DNA from: Candidatus Latescibacterota bacterium
GTDB taxonomy: Bacteria > Latescibacterota > UBA2968 > GCA-2709665
Reading direction: 5' to 3'
NCBI GenBank assembly: GCA_965208835.1
Contig: OZ242358.1
Coordinates: forward strand, 3,232,001-3,296,000
Length of the DNA: 64,000 bases
Shown here: piece by piece, positions 9,819-19,519 of the stretch
Layout of the letters: every line of letters starts with the position of its first letter
Numbering within the stretch: position 1 is the first letter of the stretch
Program-made: the position numbers and the translations under genes
Notes under the pieces: generated by a model
Told to the model about the DNA's origin: nothing
Database searches by the model: none
Seen by the model: only the letters and a program-made list of their open reading frames with translations

Positions 9819-10889
9819 CTATGGAAGGCGTGGTATGACTTCCTTCGCCATCAATTCCATCGAGCGCTTCATCATCGCCTTGTCGTCCCAGTCGTGACCG
9901 ATCATCAGGACCGTGCCGAATCCGCCTGTGACGTCGTAAAGCGCCTGCAGGCGTCTCGTCACCGTGTCGGGACTGCCGACGATGGCGATCTCATCGATGA
10001 AATAGTCGCGGTTGAGGTCCGCATCGGACATCTCCGGGTCCATCTTCGGCAGGTCCAGCATGTTGGCTGTTTCGAGCATGCCGCGAAGATACATCAAAGA
10101 ATCGGCGAAGGCGCCATTGCAGGCGTGCTCTCGAGCCTCGGCATCGGTCTCGCCCACGCAGATGCTGCGAGAGATCCGCCAGTCGTGCCGGTCCGGATCG
10201 GGCCGCCCCCCTTCCGCGGCTCCCTCGCAGTACATCTCCCAATGCCGTTTCACCTTGTGCGAGGGCGCCATATTGATGCTGATGGGCAGGAACCCGCGCC
10301 TGCCGCCGGTGGTGGCCGCCATGGATTCTTCCCTGACGATGCTCATGGCAATCGGCGGATGGGGCTTCTGATACGGCTTCAACACCTCCCCCAACCCCAG
10401 TTCCGGGACTTTCTCCGCCATCGTGACGTTCCAGAAATCTCCCTTGAATTCGAACGGCCCGTCCTCGGTCCAGAGCTTCATGACGATGTCCATCGCCTCC
10501 AGGTTCATCAGCCCCTGGGTGCGCGGGTCCGGCAGATCGAACAGCGGCCAGTCGGTAGGCACGCCGCCCTGCCCGAAGCCCACGTTGATGCGCCCTCGGG
10601 ACAGGTGATCGAGATACGCGAGGCGCACGGCCACGTTCGCCGGGTGATGCTGCGTCATGATGGTGACCCCCGTGCCCAGTCGGATTCGCTCCGTCTGAGG
10701 GAGGACGTGGGCGATAAACACGTCGTTTGCGGGAATCGGCTCCCACATTGCGGTGTGGTGCTGGCCGATCCACGCCTCGGCGAAACCGAGCTCCTCGGCC
10801 CACAACACGCACTCGATGTCCTCTTCGAACGTCTGCGTGCGGTCCTTCTGCGGCGGATGCAGCGGCATCATGAACTTTCCGACTTTCAT
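9819..10889 (-). CDS. LLM class flavin-dependent oxidoreductase (luciferase-like monooxygenase)
   Basis: AEELGFAEAWIGQHH, TERIRLGTGV, LDHLSRGR, KPYQKPHPPI, IVGSPDTV. Confidence 0.95.
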   Translation of the reverse strand: MKVGKFMMPLHPPQKDRTQTFEEDIECVLWAEELGFAEAWIGQHHTAMWEPIPANDVFIAHVLPQTERIRLGTGVTIMTQHHPANVAVRLAYLDHLSRGRINVGFGQGGVPTDWPLFDLPDPRTQGLMNLEAMDIVMKLWTEDGPFEFKGDFWNVTMAEKVPELGLGEVLKPYQKPHPPIAMSIVREESMAATTGGRRGFLPISINMAPSHKVKRHWEMYCEGAAEGGRPDPDRHDWRISRSICVGETDAEAREHACNGAFADSLMYLRGMLETANMLDLPKMDPEMSDADLNRDYFIDEIAIVGSPDTVTRRLQALYDVTGGFGTVLMIGHDWDDKAMMKRSMELMAKEVIPRLP

Positions 10890-11007
10890 TTTCTTTCCTC
10901 CCGAACAACTGAAATCAATCGTCGGTTGTCCACCGGTTCTTCATTCACCCTGTGCGTCATTGAGTCGTCGATAAATCTCTCTTTGCGTGTGCCGCTGATC
11001 TCGCGAA

Positions 11008-11901
11008 TCACTGACCATCGCTACCAGCCGTTTCATCTGCCGGCGCTCTCAGACTTTCGAACACCGCGGCCGACAGGATGATCAGCCCGCCGGTGATTTC
11101 CCTGCCGGATGGAATGGCGGCCAGGAAAACGATCGCGATGATGACGCCGTAGACGGTTTCCAGCGCCAGGGTTATTCCGACGACTTTCCCCGAAAGGAGC
11201 CGCTGGCTGTTGACGAACAGAATTCGAGCGAAACCGGTCAGCATCACGCCCAGCACCACCACGAGAACGAGATCCCTTGTTCCGGGCAACTCGAACAGGG
11301 TCTCATTGTAGAACATGAATGGAAGGAGGAGCAGGCCCGCGATGCCCAATTCATAGGCTGAAATGTCCCAGGTATTGTATCTGTCGATGATCCGTTTCTT
11401 GCGCAGCAGGATAAAGAGGGGGAGCATTGCGCCGGAGGCCATGCCGTAAAGAACCCCCTGAAAATTCGCATCGGACAGATCGAACTCCGGCGCCAGGCAG
11501 TAGACACCGATCAGGACCGCAACCGCGCTGGCGAAGTCAACGGCCCGCAGCCTGACGTTGAAGAAGAGACTCTCCAGAAACACCATGAGGACCGGATAGG
11601 TATACGTCGTCACCAGGCCGATGGCGACCGTCGAGACCTTGATCGACTGGAAGAAAAGTACCCAGTGGACCGAAAGCAGGACTGCGATCGCCGCAAAGGT
11701 CGCCAGATCGCTCCAGCTCCTGATGGGCGCGTGGCTCTTGAGCCGTATCGCGACGAGGAAGAGGACGATGGCCGCGAGCACCGTTCGCCAGAAGACGATC
11801 TGATACGGTTCGAGGTCCACCGCCTTTCCGAGAGGACCGATGAATCCATACAGGAGTGTTGCAACATGCACCTCCACGAGCGATCGGGACCTATCTGTCA
11901 T
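11008..11901 (-). CDS. DMT/EamA family transporter
   Basis: About ten hydrophobic segments; HWVLFFQSIKVSTVAIG, LETVYG motifs. Confidence 0.9.
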   Translation of the reverse strand: MTDRSRSLVEVHVATLLYGFIGPLGKAVDLEPYQIVFWRTVLAAIVLFLVAIRLKSHAPIRSWSDLATFAAIAVLLSVHWVLFFQSIKVSTVAIGLVTTYTYPVLMVFLESLFFNVRLRAVDFASAVAVLIGVYCLAPEFDLSDANFQGVLYGMASGAMLPLFILLRKKRIIDRYNTWDISAYELGIAGLLLLPFMFYNETLFELPGTRDLVLVVVLGVMLTGFARILFVNSQRLLSGKVVGITLALETVYGVIIAIVFLAAIPSGREITGGLIILSAAVFESLRAPADETAGSDGQ

Positions 11902-11956
11902 GCCCTGGCCTCGATACCGGACGATGTCGGTGTTGGTTGCGCCGGCTGGTACACTC

Positions 11957-11986
11957 TTGACATTGATGGGGTCTTTGTCGTACTTT
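11957..11986 (+). promoter_or_regulatory. Sigma-70-like promoter of the antitoxin-like pseudogene
   Basis: TTGACA-N18-TACTTT followed by GAGGAG RBS and ATG 12027. Confidence 0.45.
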
Positions 11987-12026
11987 TCACTGCCCCAAAT
12001 GAAGCAAATAGACGAGGAGAATCACA

Positions 12027-12260
12027 ATGCCTGAGCCATCGATCGTACGAGACCTGGAAGAAAAAATCAGTCGCCTCAGTACGGATGAGCAGATGCAGCT
12101 TATTGAGCGCGTTAGTCACCGTATACGCGCTGTCAACACTTCGAACAAGGTCATTGATGCTCAGTAAGGCGAAATGGCAGCCGATCCCGAAATTCAAAAG
12201 GAACTCAGGGATATCGAAAACGAATTCTCCTCGACAGAGGGCGACAGACTGGATGACTGA
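12027..12260 (+). pseudogene. Antitoxin-like small gene with internal stop (decayed type II TA locus)
   Basis: Manual translation: MPEPSIVRDLEEKISRLSTDEQMQLIERVSHRIRAVNTSNKVIDAQ*GEMAADPEIQKELRDIENEFSSTEGDRLDD; TAA at 12165-12167; final TGA overlaps the ATG of a MAVER... fragment resembling a MazF/PemK start. Confidence 0.6.
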
Positions 12261-12325
12261 TGGCCGTCGAGCGAAGCCCACGGGTTGGAGTTGATTTTCA
12301 TCCTTCTTCGACGTTTTTTCAAAAT

Positions 12326-12985
12326 TCAAGTATATATTCCGATCGTAATTCGGCGCACCCTGGCCGACGCCTCTCCATCCGCGAACAGCGCCGTCCCGAT
12401 GGCGGGCGCCAGCACCTGTCCGGTCGGAAAGCCCTGCGGACCGCAGGACACGTAGGAATACCCCAGGTGCGCCTTGGCTGACTTCGCTTCGATATTGACG
12501 ATGACTCCCAGGTCGACGTCATCGATCACCGTCCCTCCGTCCTGGATCTGACCTTCGCCGCCTTCGGCGAAGAGCGTCTGCTCACCCTCCATAGACCCGT
12601 CCCGCGTGACAAGCCGCACGCGGCCGGCCGGCGGTACGCCGGCATCCACGGGAACGGCTTCCAGTTTAATCCCGGCGGGATTGTCACTCGGTGAAACAAA
12701 ACCCAGGCTGAACTCCGCCGACCCGTTCACCGTCACTCCCACCGCCACCAGTTCCATGACCTTCACGACGGACATGCTCATGCATGGACCGCTCAACGTC
12801 ACGCCGGCGCCGGTGTTTCCCCTTGCGACCATCGCGTAGTGACTGCCGTAGGCATCCGTATAGTCACACGTCGTGGCGCTGGACGATCCGGTCAGCGTTT
12901 GCGTCATCCACGCCGGCTGGCCGTGTGTGAAGTTGACCTCCTCGACTTCCGCGTGATACGTCGTTCGCAGCATCCTTCGGTTCAT
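12326..12985 (-). CDS. Hypothetical beta-rich protein
   Basis: Clean ORF co-oriented with and just downstream of the propeller gene; GGGGAAG before ATG 12985; no family recognised. Confidence 0.7.
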   Translation of the reverse strand: MNRRMLRTTYHAEVEEVNFTHGQPAWMTQTLTGSSSATTCDYTDAYGSHYAMVARGNTGAGVTLSGPCMSMSVVKVMELVAVGVTVNGSAEFSLGFVSPSDNPAGIKLEAVPVDAGVPPAGRVRLVTRDGSMEGEQTLFAEGGEGQIQDGGTVIDDVDLGVIVNIEAKSAKAHLGYSYVSCGPQGFPTGQVLAPAIGTALFADGEASARVRRITIGIYT

Positions 12986-13040
12986 GGTTCTTCCCCCTGC
13001 ATCCAATCGGTCGATTCAATTGAGTCCTGATGACCTGCGT

Positions 13041-13952
13041 CTACTTCCACTCGATCACCGCCGCGTTGATCCCGCTGCATAGCAGATAGAGCTTGTCCTC
13101 GTGAAACACCGGAAACGGCCAGTGTCCGGAATCGAGTACACACCCCATGTCCTCGTACGGACCGGTCACGTCCGAGCCCTCCGAAAGCGCCCCGGAAAGT
13201 CCGCGATCATCGTTGAACAGCATCAGCCAGCGGTCCCAAAAGCGGACGAGGATTGATGCGAACGGACCCCGGCTGCCCGGCATATTCCCAAGCAGCGGTT
13301 TTTTCGACAGCCGCCAGTGGATGCCGTCCACGCTCATCGCCAGACCGGCCACGGTCGTCACCCCATTCGCCTGCGCGTTCCATCCGAGCCCGTTCCCCTG
13401 AAAGGTCCCGATGAACATCGGTCCGTCCTTGACCACCCGGACGTAGCTCACGCTCTGACCGTACCAGTGGTTCTTTCGGTTCGGGTGCGTTGTCATGATA
13501 GGGAAAATCTTCTGCTCGAAATGGACGCCGTCACTGGAAGTCGCGAGTGCGGTCGGCTGCCTCCCGCTCGTGTGTACGCCATGGAAATACATGTAGACCT
13601 CTCCGTTATGCACGACGGCCGAGGGAGATGAAATGTGCTTCGTGAACGACGTCGCCGAGAGTTCGAGTACGGCCCTCCGCCACGTCCACGGACCCAGCGG
13701 GTGCGGCGCCGTTGCGAGCCAGATTTCCGACCCGTCGTGCGTCGCCACGTAGGCGTAGAACGCATCGATCGGATCCGGAAGCACACCCACCGTCGGCAGC
13801 ACCGAGATGTACGTCGCATCCTGTCCCGCGAATTCCTGGTCGTCCGTCGCCGTCAGGACCGGGTTTCCCTCGTACTGCACCGCCTTCGGCAGATGGAACG
13901 ACATCTGTCCCGCGGCGCCGGCCGCAGTGTACTCCAATGGAAAGGTCTTCAT
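13041..13952 (-). CDS. Five-bladed beta-propeller glycoside-hydrolase-like protein
   Basis: YEGNPVL, LATAPHPLGPW, SSPSAVVHNGEVYMYFHG, LATSSDGVHF, MSVDGIHW (Asp-box-like SxDGxxW/F); GGAGG RBS. Confidence 0.7.
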   Translation of the reverse strand: MKTFPLEYTAAGAAGQMSFHLPKAVQYEGNPVLTATDDQEFAGQDATYISVLPTVGVLPDPIDAFYAYVATHDGSEIWLATAPHPLGPWTWRRAVLELSATSFTKHISSPSAVVHNGEVYMYFHGVHTSGRQPTALATSSDGVHFEQKIFPIMTTHPNRKNHWYGQSVSYVRVVKDGPMFIGTFQGNGLGWNAQANGVTTVAGLAMSVDGIHWRLSKKPLLGNMPGSRGPFASILVRFWDRWLMLFNDDRGLSGALSEGSDVTGPYEDMGCVLDSGHWPFPVFHEDKLYLLCSGINAAVIEWK

Positions 13953-13984
13953 TCTGCCTCCTTCACCTTTTACGTTGTATACGC

Positions 13985-14638
13985 CTATCTGCCGGGAGTC
14001 CCGCCCACCGGAAGCGCATCGACCAGATCGTGAAAGGAATCGTAGATCTCACAATCCGCACCCGCAAACCGGAACCTGTCCTGGTGCCCCTGCGACACGA
14101 CAAGCGGACGGCAGCCCACGGCGCGCGCCACCTCCACGTCGTGGTCCGTGTCGCCTATGAATAGCGTCGCGGATGGAACGAGGTCGAAATCTTCAATCAG
14201 ATCGCGACATCTCTGCTCTTTCGACGCTGCCAATCGATCGGAAAGCCCGTACACACCCTTGAATTGTCCCTGTATTCCGTGAATTCGCACCCACGAAACG
14301 ACCATTTCTTCTTCGGCAGCCGACAAAACGAACTGGTCTATTCCATATTTCTCCATGTAATCCAGCGCCTCCGCGATTCCCGGATTGAGCGAACACGATC
14401 CGATTCCGGCCTGGTACACGCTGTGGAATTCATCGGAAATTTCGCGTTGGTCTTCACCGTTCAGGTTGAATCCCAGGCGACGATAGTAATCGAATACGGG
14501 AAACCGGAAGACCCGTCGATGCGTCGCCTTGTCGATCGTCGGCAGTCCTCTTCTGCGCAACAGTTCGTTCATCGAGCGCGTGGCAAGCTCTACGTCATCC
14601 AGAATGGTACCGTTGAAGTCCCAAATCACTGATTTCAT
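13985..14638 (-). CDS. HAD family hydrolase (phosphoglycolate phosphatase-like)
   Basis: WDFNGTILD motif I, LSA motif II, FIGDTDHD motif IV. Confidence 0.92.
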   Translation of the reverse strand: MKSVIWDFNGTILDDVELATRSMNELLRRRGLPTIDKATHRRVFRFPVFDYYRRLGFNLNGEDQREISDEFHSVYQAGIGSCSLNPGIAEALDYMEKYGIDQFVLSAAEEEMVVSWVRIHGIQGQFKGVYGLSDRLAASKEQRCRDLIEDFDLVPSATLFIGDTDHDVEVARAVGCRPLVVSQGHQDRFRFAGADCEIYDSFHDLVDALPVGGTPGR

Positions 14639-14811
14639 TGAACTTTTATAAAGTACTCGCGCCCACGGAAATTACAAAGGAATTCAGTGCTGTCCAAGAA
14701 CCGTAGGATACTGAGAGATAAGATTCGAATAGTGGCTTCAATTTGCGATCTTGTACGGGTTTGACTCGGATAACGAAAACGGGTTGCCATCGGTCGGTTT
14801 TGTTTCAACGT

Positions 14812-15045
14812 ATGTTATTCTGAGCGGAGTCGAAGCATCTCTCGCCGCATCTGTCCCGCGCTGCAGGCGGACGTGCCGCCTCTCAGGTATTGACACGTGA
14901 AAATCGCAACAGGGATGATCCGATGCTGCAGTAGATCCTTCGTCGTCCTGGGGGTCTCCTCTGGATGACAGCGGGGAGCCAAGTGTATGACAATCGTAAA
15001 ACATGCCATTCTGAGCGCGCTGGCCTCCTCAGGATGACAGTCTTC
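14812..15045. repeat. REP-like elements (GTCATTCTGAGCG...GATCCTTCG...CAGGATGACA family)
   Basis: GTTATTCTGAGCGGAGTCGAAG, GATCCTTCG...GGATGACAG and CCTCAGGATGACAG; related to 49661-49804 and 50579-50714. Confidence 0.55.
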
Positions 15046-15183
15046 TCGAAGGCAGGACCGACTCGTTTCTCCAATGGCTGTGGACGATCTTTCCAGCCGT
15101 TTATTTCGCGTATTTTCGCGTTTTCGTAGTTAGTCAAGTCCGCTTGGGAACAGGTGTGCAAGTAGCACGATAATTTTCCTCGC

Positions 15184-16470
15184 TCAGTTCATCAATTCGC
15201 CGAGAACCTCCAGACCCTTCTCAAGAATCGGATCTTCCGAATCGCTCCTGGCTTCCGTCATCGGATCGACGAGTACGGAAGGCGTATACACACTTCTTGA
15301 CGATCCGACGAACCCTCGAGACGCCGGGTCACCCTTCAGCGTGCCGTTGAAGATCTTTTGATTTGTGTACTGAAATCCGATTCCTGTATTGGGCATCCGC
15401 ATCGTGAGAACCGAACCCTCCAGTCCCGCCATCTTCGTTCCAACCACGGTCGCTCGATCAAGTGCATCCAGGCTGATAGCCAGACCCTCGCCCGCGCTTC
15501 CAGTCCGATGGCTTACCAGAACCACCAGAGGTTGTTCGTACTGCCATTCTCCGCTCGGTCTCACCCGGCTCAGAAACGGCTCTCCGTTGCGGGGCACGGT
15601 TTGCTGGTAGACGCACTCCCGATCGATCAGGCGTCCTATAATTCCCTCGACGACCCCCGTATTGCCGCCGCCGACTTTGCGCAGGTCCAAGATCAGACCG
15701 TTGGTATCGCGGAGTTCTTCCAGTGCGAAGTCGAATAGATCCAGGAGTCGATTGCCTGCCAGTGTGCTGTTGATGATCATGTAACCGACACGGGGATCTA
15801 GTGTACGAAAATCAAGTCTGATTTCGTGTTGCGAATCATATACTGCATCAAAGGCGTCGAACGGGATGGATGCTGGCGTCGCCTCGCCCTGGAATTCGAC
15901 TTCGATGGTCCTGATCTCATTCCGATTTCCCGCCAGGACTTTTCTCAGCGTCCAACTTCTAATCTCGTCGTCGACCTCGACGATTGCCCTGCCCATCCGC
16001 TTGCGGACGGCGTCTTCGATCGGCATTCCATTGAAACCAAGGATTTCCATCCCGGGACGCAGACCTGCGAATTCGGCGGGAAAGCCCGGTCGGATTCCCG
16101 TAACGATCGCTCTTCCGTCTGTCCATTCCGCCCAGATATCCGTCCGCGAAGGCACGATGTTCGGCGAAGATGCCGTATGCGTGTTCAGATGAATATGGTC
16201 GTCGTACAGTTCCTCCAGAACCGTCTCCATCAAAGCGATAAATTCCGATTTTGTCGAAATCGAACGAATTTGAGGTCGGTAAATCTCTCTGACTCGATCC
16301 CAGTCCGTACGCTTTTCGTCAAAATATGCATAGTCCGCCCTGAACGTCTCCCACAGAAAATCGAAGTCCTCTTCATACTGTTCCGCCGTGAGGTCGCTCT
16401 GCGCAAACGCGATGGAACTGCTGAGGAAATTGAACGTCAACAGCGCGCAGAAGAGGAATACAAGGAGCAT
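15184..16470 (-). CDS. S41 family peptidase with PDZ domain
   Basis: Signal peptide, PAEFAGLRPG (PDZ), LILDLRKVGGG, TGSAGE catalytic Ser motif; start uncertain (16470 or 16530). Confidence 0.88.
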   Translation of the reverse strand: MLLVFLFCALLTFNFLSSSIAFAQSDLTAEQYEEDFDFLWETFRADYAYFDEKRTDWDRVREIYRPQIRSISTKSEFIALMETVLEELYDDHIHLNTHTASSPNIVPSRTDIWAEWTDGRAIVTGIRPGFPAEFAGLRPGMEILGFNGMPIEDAVRKRMGRAIVEVDDEIRSWTLRKVLAGNRNEIRTIEVEFQGEATPASIPFDAFDAVYDSQHEIRLDFRTLDPRVGYMIINSTLAGNRLLDLFDFALEELRDTNGLILDLRKVGGGNTGVVEGIIGRLIDRECVYQQTVPRNGEPFLSRVRPSGEWQYEQPLVVLVSHRTGSAGEGLAISLDALDRATVVGTKMAGLEGSVLTMRMPNTGIGFQYTNQKIFNGTLKGDPASRGFVGSSRSVYTPSVLVDPMTEARSDSEDPILEKGLEVLGELMN

Positions 16471-16550
16471 CGATTCCGGTCCGGTGTTTTGTTCCAGGTG
16501 CGCGACCGCGATACCGCGGATCTTACGCAATGGGTTGCCGCAAACGTCGG

Positions 16551-17159
16551 TCAGAGGATCTCGCTGCCGAAGTCCGCATAGGTCCCCGCGGTGGAGAGCC
16601 TGATTGGGGTATCGGATTGATCCGGCTCGGTTGCGATGGAATCCAGCGACGCGAAATCGGGGATGGTCCAGACGGCGAGGCCGCCGGGTTCGGGCGCCAG
16701 TGTCCCGATTCTCTGCACGAGGAGATTCAGCGTGAAATCCGGATGCTGTTTCGCACGGCTCTTGAAGAAGCTTGTGACGTTATCCGTGGTGTCGCGGGTG
16801 CCGAAGAACTCGGCGTAGTACGTGCCCTTACGGGCCGGTACCGGCGGGAGCAGCGGACTGTAGCAGCCGGCGACGTCGATCCGCGCGACCTGAAAGAAAG
16901 GCTGTTCCAGGTCGTCCGCCTCGCCACTGCGAAAGATCCGGTCCCACGCGTCCAGTCTCTCGAGACCGGCGTTCCGCGTGTGCCAGACGGTCATGTACTC
17001 CGGTTGGGGTCCCAATCGCCACGTGCGGCCGATGGACAGAACCAACTCGTCCTCATACCCGCTGTCCCAGCCCTCCTGTCCCTGTGCGGCCTGCGCGCGA
17101 AACGTCTCCAGATCGATGCCTGGCAGACGGCTGATGTACTCGATGTAGACAAGTCCCAT
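16551..17159 (-). CDS. Hypothetical protein (possibly dimeric alpha/beta-barrel-like)
   Basis: Clean ORF with AAGGA RBS in operon orientation; no function recognised. Confidence 0.7.
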   Translation of the reverse strand: MGLVYIEYISRLPGIDLETFRAQAAQGQEGWDSGYEDELVLSIGRTWRLGPQPEYMTVWHTRNAGLERLDAWDRIFRSGEADDLEQPFFQVARIDVAGCYSPLLPPVPARKGTYYAEFFGTRDTTDNVTSFFKSRAKQHPDFTLNLLVQRIGTLAPEPGGLAVWTIPDFASLDSIATEPDQSDTPIRLSTAGTYADFGSEIL

Positions 17160-17180
17160 CGTGTGTGTTGTCCTTATAAT

Positions 17181-18239
17181 TCAAGCTCCTGCGACAGCGA
17201 CTTCACGCCCGGATGACGCCGATGCGTAGAGCGCGTCCATGAGCCGCTGGATTCGGACGATCTCCGTGCCCGAAACGGGAGACACCTCACCCTGACGGAC
17301 GGCGCCCAGAAATTCGTTGATCAGCTGCCTCATATCGTAGTCACACGGCTTCAGGTCGGGTGCCTCCTCACGCCACGATCGTCCGTCGTCGGTCCAGATT
17401 CCGAGCGGTGAGACGGACGCGTTACCCCGGTCTCCGAAAAATGCCCAACCCTCGTTTCTGTCAGAGGGTCCCTGATAGAAATTCCCTTCCACGGCCAGGA
17501 TCGTGTCTCCGGTCAGCCGAATGAAGCCCGCGCCGAAGTCTTCGAAATCCGGATCGAGCGACATCGGATCGACCTCGCCTGCCGGGAGTCCGGCCGGCGG
17601 CGGGCGGTCGGACCCCCTCTGATGTCGGAATGCGCTGGCGGTCAGGGGTTCGGGGTTGCCAAGAAGCCAGAGTGCGAGGTCAAGGTTGTGGATCGTCCAG
17701 TGCGCCAGTACGCCGCCACCGCATGATCCAGGCGAACTGTAGGCGATCGCCGGCCGGCCGTATGCGCACCCTCCCCACGTCCGAACGGCGTATACGTGAC
17801 CGAGGACGCCTTCCGCGAGCCGGTCTCTCAGGTACCGTGACTCGTCCCAAGTCCGGTATTCGAAGCAGATACTCAGCAGCCGGTTGTTTTTTTCGGCAGC
17901 GCGGACCATGTCCCGGGCCTCGCCCGCATCCATCGCCACGGGCTTCTCGCACAAAACGTGACATCCCGCTTCAAGGCACATCACTGTTAGGTCTCGATGG
18001 TTCGAAGGCAGCGTTGCGATACTGACGACGTCGGGCTTTGCCTTCTCGAGCATCGCCTCCGCATGCCGAAATCCGGCGACTCCAAACTGTCCGCTGGCCC
18101 GCGCCAGCCGTTCGGGATCCAGATCGCATACGCCCAAAAGCGTGCAGACCCCGGCATCCGCTGCCTCCCTGTAGGCCGGCAGATGTTGCGAGGTTGCGAT
18201 ATGACCGCACCCGATCACGGCAACTCTCGTCGGACTCAT
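17181..18239 (-). CDS. Gfo/Idh/MocA family oxidoreductase
   Basis: VAVIGCGHIA Rossmann motif, HVLCEKP, GGGVLAHWTIHNLD. Confidence 0.95.
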   Translation of the reverse strand: MSPTRVAVIGCGHIATSQHLPAYREAADAGVCTLLGVCDLDPERLARASGQFGVAGFRHAEAMLEKAKPDVVSIATLPSNHRDLTVMCLEAGCHVLCEKPVAMDAGEARDMVRAAEKNNRLLSICFEYRTWDESRYLRDRLAEGVLGHVYAVRTWGGCAYGRPAIAYSSPGSCGGGVLAHWTIHNLDLALWLLGNPEPLTASAFRHQRGSDRPPPAGLPAGEVDPMSLDPDFEDFGAGFIRLTGDTILAVEGNFYQGPSDRNEGWAFFGDRGNASVSPLGIWTDDGRSWREEAPDLKPCDYDMRQLINEFLGAVRQGEVSPVSGTEIVRIQRLMDALYASASSGREVAVAGA

Positions 18240-18266
18240 AGGATCCTTGCGAAAAACGGGTTGAGG

Positions 18267-18430
18267 TGAGACGGAAGACAGTAGAAGAAATGCGGTTAGA
18301 CGGGAGACGTGAGCAGGTAGATGAAATCAATGCCCGGTATGTTTTTCCTCGTTGCCCCCTGCAAGTGAAGAAACCTCACAAGACAGTCAATCTCTTCCGT
18401 CTCCCGTCTTGCGTCTACCCGCCTTTTGGC
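18267..18430. repeat. MITE-like intergenic element, family A, copy 2 (core and heptamer arms only)
   Basis: AGACGG heptamer array, core GAAATCAATGCCCGGTAT...CACAAGACAGTCAATCTCT, then CCGTCT array. Confidence 0.65.
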
Positions 18431-18461
18431 TGACGGCTGAAAGCTGGCAGCTGCTTCTGCA

Positions 18462-19016
18462 TCAGTTCAATAGGACTGTGCCCGTGACCCGGAGAATTTC
18501 GCAGTCCGTGAACAGCCCGTCGTCGTACGTCAGTCTGATCCCTTCACAATAATTACAGGAAGGCCCCCACGATTCGTGGTCCGCATCGGGCACGCAACCG
18601 ACCGCACTGGCTTCGATGAATCCGCCATGAGATAAGATCAACGCCCTGCCGCCTGCCGGAAGCGACCGGGCGACATTGTCGTGAAAAGCGGCCAGTTCTC
18701 TGGCGAAGTTGGCGACGACGCTGCTCGGATGTTGACGAATACAGGCAGAGAATCCGCCAAACCCCTCGTCAAAAGCTATCTCCGCGTTTGACGGCATGGA
18801 AGCCAGCAGTTCGACCTGATGGTCAACGGCATAGCCCATGGCGATGCCGGTCTCGAACGCACGCGGGACGGTACTGGTGTAAACTCTGTCGAATGCCGTC
18901 ATACCCTCCCCAACCCGCCTGGCGAGGTCAACGCCGGCCTGCGAGAGATGCTGGCCAGGTTTCGTCCGCATCGAGTGTCTTCGATGTTCGATGAATGTGA
19001 CAGACATATACAGCAC
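18462..19016 (-). CDS. Histidine phosphatase family protein
   Basis: RRHS catalytic-His motif, LSQAG, TSTVPRAFET, ILSHGG. Confidence 0.85.
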   Translation of the reverse strand: MLYMSVTFIEHRRHSMRTKPGQHLSQAGVDLARRVGEGMTAFDRVYTSTVPRAFETGIAMGYAVDHQVELLASMPSNAEIAFDEGFGGFSACIRQHPSSVVANFARELAAFHDNVARSLPAGGRALILSHGGFIEASAVGCVPDADHESWGPSCNYCEGIRLTYDDGLFTDCEILRVTGTVLLN

Positions 19017-19097
19017 CTCACAGGTTCAGGGTTTCTCGGCTGCAGCGCCTCGCAAGTCAGTGCCCGGGAATCGTGATCGTATTGCGCGACGTATGAC

Positions 19098-19430
19098 GTT
19101 AACCTCAATTCGAAAAAAGACAACAGTCAAATTGGCCACAAAGAGCATGATTGCGGGTAGAGGGTAAACCAAAAGCGGGTAGACGGGAGCCGGTAGAAGA
19201 AACGCGGGGAGACGTTAGAGGGAAGACGGTAGATGAAGTCCTTGCCCGATATTTCGTAACTTCTCGCCTTCGGCCCGAAAAGAACCCTCACAAGTCAGGA
19301 AATCTCTCCCGTCTTGCGTCTCCCCTCTCACCAGGTGGTGGGGCGGGGTGTGGTCCTCTCCCCCTCTCCCGTCTTACGTCTCACCCGGTGGTCGGGCGGC
19401 GGGGGGAGAGATGACGAACACGTCCAGCGA
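19098..19430. repeat. MITE-like intergenic element, family A, copy 3
   Basis: Same termini and core as 9490-9716, with longer heptamer arms. Confidence 0.7.
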
Positions 19431-19519
19431 CCTGGTGTATCCTGGTAATCCGCCTTCTAATCGCCTTTATTAACGAGTACATATTCGAATTAACGTCCAC
19501 GAAAACTTACGAATCACGG

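Noticed and set aside
9894-11081. Long overlapping ORFs (9894-11081 +, 9991-10908 -)
   Set aside because: Shadow and alternate frames of the luciferase-like gene, expected in GC-rich DNA.
11898-12329. 143-aa minus-strand ORF bridging two genes
   Set aside because: No recognisable motifs; the plus strand has a promoter, RBS and protein-like interrupted frame that explain the region better.
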